DNA of 64,000 nucleotides from an uncultured candidatus Porisulfidus sp. (GTDB lineage Bacteria; Pseudomonadota; Gammaproteobacteria; Poriferisulfidales; Oxydemutatoraceae): NCBI GenBank assembly GCA_965215765.1, contig OZ244118.1, positions 2,415,801 to 2,479,800 of the forward strand, read 5' to 3'. Shown piece by piece: positions 61,935 to 64,000 of this stretch (position 1 is its first letter; each line of letters starts with the position of its first letter). The notes under the pieces were generated by a model. It saw only the letters and a program-made list of their open reading frames with translations, ran no database searches and was not told where the DNA came from. The position numbers and the translations under genes were made by a program.

Positions 61935-64000
61935 TCAGCGAATCATACCGCCCAAGAACACCCTCAGGCGCAATTTCTTGACGTGATGCGGACCAGGCCT
62001 CGGCGTTGTCGGGATCTCGGGATCCCAGTTGATAAATTGACTCACTCCTGGCAACTCAGCCACGCTGTCCCGGGGGAATGCCCGGACTTCGTACGCAACA
62101 CCACCCTGCAACCCCGTAAATTCCGTCCTGACGGCTCCCCCGGGCGTCGGCATCGCAACAGACTGTTCCTCTATCAGTTCCCCGTATGAAAGCAGTTGTA
62201 CCCGATACCCCAAGCCGAGCAATATTCCGTCAACCGGGGCTCCGAAATCAGCATGATCCGCAGTGCGTCCATAGCCATCATTTCCCGAATACTGCAAGTG
62301 TACCTGCACACGACCATTCGCCTTGTGCATCAGCTGCATGGCCAATGTCCCCTCAAGAACGTCGAGCAAGGTAAATGCTGCAGTGCTCATCGCGCCCGTT
62401 CCGGCACGGTTGACTGCCCGGAGCGAATAGCGTATCTGCTCTCCTCCTGCGTGCTTCTTGCGCAGCTGCGCCAGGACATGGCCTGACAACACATAAGAAG
62501 TGGCGGTTCCCGAGACGGGGTGGCTTTTTCCGTCCACAAAAAGCTGGTAGCTGTCTATCGTCGCCCCGTTGCTGCTCGCCGCTCCCCAACTCAGGTTCAC
62601 CCGATCTGCGGACTTCCACCTGGCTCGCAAGCCCGAAGGTCTGCCAGGCACCGCTATGGTGCTGAACGCGCTCCTGTTTTCGGATGCCTGGGCGGGCTCC
62701 CCGGTGCCCGCCCGGTTGCGCGCATAGACCTGTAACGAATAGCTTCTCTTCGGCAGCAAGTCGGTGATCTCAATCTCGGTGTCAAAAGCACCTGCCGAGA
62801 AAAAGGTCTCGGTGCTGCGTCCTCCAGCACTCACAACCACCACGTAGCCAAAACCGGAGTCTGCAACGCGATCAGAGGAAGACGCAAGCGCATCACCCGC
62901 CAGGGGAGCGCAATCATCATGTCCCATGATCATCAACACCAGGCGCGCAGTGGTTTGGCCGGGCACCAGCTCCGTTATCGTTGTCGCGCCCGGAAGACCA
63001 GGCAAATAGAAGTGACCGGCTGCCGGATAGCCAGCGACATCTCCGCGCAAAGCGCGAAGACGGTACGGGTGGGGGCAAGCCCCCTGGCTGTTTTTCCGAA
63101 ACTCAGCCAGAAAATCTCCGTCAAAGTCAAAAGTCGGTGCTGTGACCTCCCGTATTGTTCCTGCCAGCTCAAGTTCGTAGGAATCAACCGCTGGACTTCC
63201 CGCCGCCCACGTGAAGCGCAGATGATTCGGAGACTCCCAGCTCACCGCCAAATCAACCGGTGTGGCAGGAATGTCGGCAAGTGCGCGCAACAAGGGCAAC
63301 GTGCGGGTATTGCCAAAATGCCAGGCTCCCGGTTCCCAGCCGGCATAAGTCGTGGCACCTGCGCATCTTTGCCCCGCCGCAGTCGGGCAACGCAACTGGG
63401 TCAAAGTTCGAGGTGAACTGCTGCCCGTCGAGCCATTGCCCACCAAAGCTGCCTGTGCAGACACGGGTGCGTAACTGCGATCAATCACCGCATCCGGAGC
63501 AGAATAACCCGCCAGACTCCCGGTGCTGCCCGATTCCCCGTCAACCGAGTTCACCGCATAGCTGTCCTGTATGCGGCGGATATTGTTTCCGACCAGTCCC
63601 CCGATAGAGAAATGACCCCGTACCTCACCGAGTGCATAGCTCGCATGGACAGAACCGGAGTTGATGCCCACCAGTCCGCCAACACGGCTATCTCCGCTGA
63701 CCGACACGTCGGCATAGCTGTAGGCAATGGTGCTTCCGCTGTAGCCGACCAGACCGCCGGCGCGCGAGCCGTCCACAGCGATGGCCGAACCTGTCGCGTA
63801 ACAGTGCAAAATCGTGCTTCCCTGGCTATAGCCAACCAGACCGCCAGCATTGTCCCGCCCTTCACCCGCGACGCGCACCGCCGCTTCGGCACTGCTGTAC
63901 AAAATAGCGGCTCCCAGAGCCAGACCGGCCAGACCACCGGCAGACTCAAGCGCGCGTACTTGCGAAGCCCTCACCGTGCTGCCCACGACCCGACCTTTTG
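61935..64000 (-). CDS. Giant GLUG/FN3 paralog 4, C-terminal about 688 codons. The ORF is open to the window end and the gene continues beyond.
   Basis: About 95% identical at the protein level to the C-terminal 680 aa of paralogs 1-3 ('...FINWDPEIPTTPRPGPHHVKKLRLRVFLGGMIR'). Confidence 0.85.
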   Translation of the reverse strand, partial: KGRVVGSTVRASQVRALESAGGLAGLALGAAILYSSAEAAVRVAGEGRDNAGGLVGYSQGSTILHCYATGSAIAVDGSRAGGLVGYSGSTIAYSYADVSVSGDSRVGGLVGINSGSVHASYALGEVRGHFSIGGLVGNNIRRIQDSYAVNSVDGESGSTGSLAGYSAPDAVIDRSYAPVSAQAALVGNGSTGSSSPRTLTQLRCPTAAGQRCAGATTYAGWEPGAWHFGNTRTLPLLRALADIPATPVDLAVSWESPNHLRFTWAAGSPAVDSYELELAGTIREVTAPTFDFDGDFLAEFRKNSQGACPHPYRLRALRGDVAGYPAAGHFYLPGLPGATTITELVPGQTTARLVLMIMGHDDCAPLAGDALASSSDRVADSGFGYVVVVSAGGRSTETFFSAGAFDTEIEITDLLPKRSYSLQVYARNRAGTGEPAQASENRSAFSTIAVPGRPSGLRARWKSADRVNLSWGAASSNGATIDSYQLFVDGKSHPVSGTATSYVLSGHVLAQLRKKHAGGEQIRYSLRAVNRAGTGAMSTAAFTLLDVLEGTLAMQLMHKANGRVQVHLQYSGNDGYGRTADHADFGAPVDGILLGLGYRVQLLSYGELIEEQSVAMPTPGGAVRTEFTGLQGGVAYEVRAFPRDSVAELPGVSQFINWDPEIPTTPRPGPHHVKKLRLRVFLGGMIR

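Noticed and set aside
1-64000. Diversity-generating retroelement (template/variable repeat at gene 3' ends)
   Set aside because: Copies are head-to-tail tandem, not a TR/VR pair. Differences between copies are not adenine-specific. No reverse transcriptase ORF is present in the window.
1-64000. Insertion sequences or transposons as the source of the repeats
   Set aside because: No transposase-like ORF, and no terminal inverted repeats or target-site duplications flanking the arrays. Units are locus-specific and not shared between loci.

Overview
The sequence reads as a proteobacterial chromosomal segment of about 55% GC, and I could not assign it to an organism.

The left third (1-17.4 kb) carries ordinary housekeeping genes:
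- a TlpA/DsbE-like thioredoxin gene, dsbD and cutA on the minus strand; fxsA on the plus strand.
- pntAA-pntAB-pntB.
- gmhB.
- an orphan hypothetical protein, a Tas-like aldo/keto reductase, a SulP permease, trmB.
- thiG, thiS, thiO.

This housekeeping region is punctuated by four independent tandem-repeat arrays. Each array duplicates a few hundred bp spanning a gene end or a gene junction:
- thioredoxin 3' end, 149-bp unit, at least 6 copies.
- gmhB 3' end, about 462-bp unit, 3 copies.
- thiS 3'/thiG 5' junction, 214-bp unit, 4 copies.
- thiO 3' end, about 143-bp unit, about 5 copies.

A tightly packed minus-strand operon follows at 17.4-23.8 kb. It encodes a PilT-family ATPase, PilMN-like, PilO-like and PilP-like proteins, a secretin, and a GspE/PilB-family ATPase. 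No pilin or platform gene lies in the window.

Directly upstream and co-oriented, from 24.4 kb to the window end, is a head-to-tail array of at least four giant paralogous genes of about 10.3-10.5 kb (about 3,450 codons) each. Each gene encodes:
- a signal peptide.
- an N-terminal chymotrypsin-fold (S1-like) serine protease domain.
- four modules, each a GLUG-motif ('GGLVG') repeat tract, a Cys-containing linker and two FN3-like domains.

Two of the paralogs carry single-base frameshifts, and the fourth runs off the window end. The genes are separated by 377-bp tandem copies of the gene's own 5' leader plus its first roughly 70 codons (4-5 copies ahead of genes 2 and 3), and by a conserved spacer plus 160-180-bp tandem repeats downstream of every gene. 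A decayed fragment of one of these giant genes sits 15 kb away, fused to the end of the gmhB repeat array.

I propose that the giant-gene array, its flanking repeat architecture and the adjacent secretin/ATPase operon form one previously undescribed secreted protease/adhesin system. It may be copy-number or recombination variable. The genome-wide habit of tandemly duplicating gene-boundary segments is a second unusual property.
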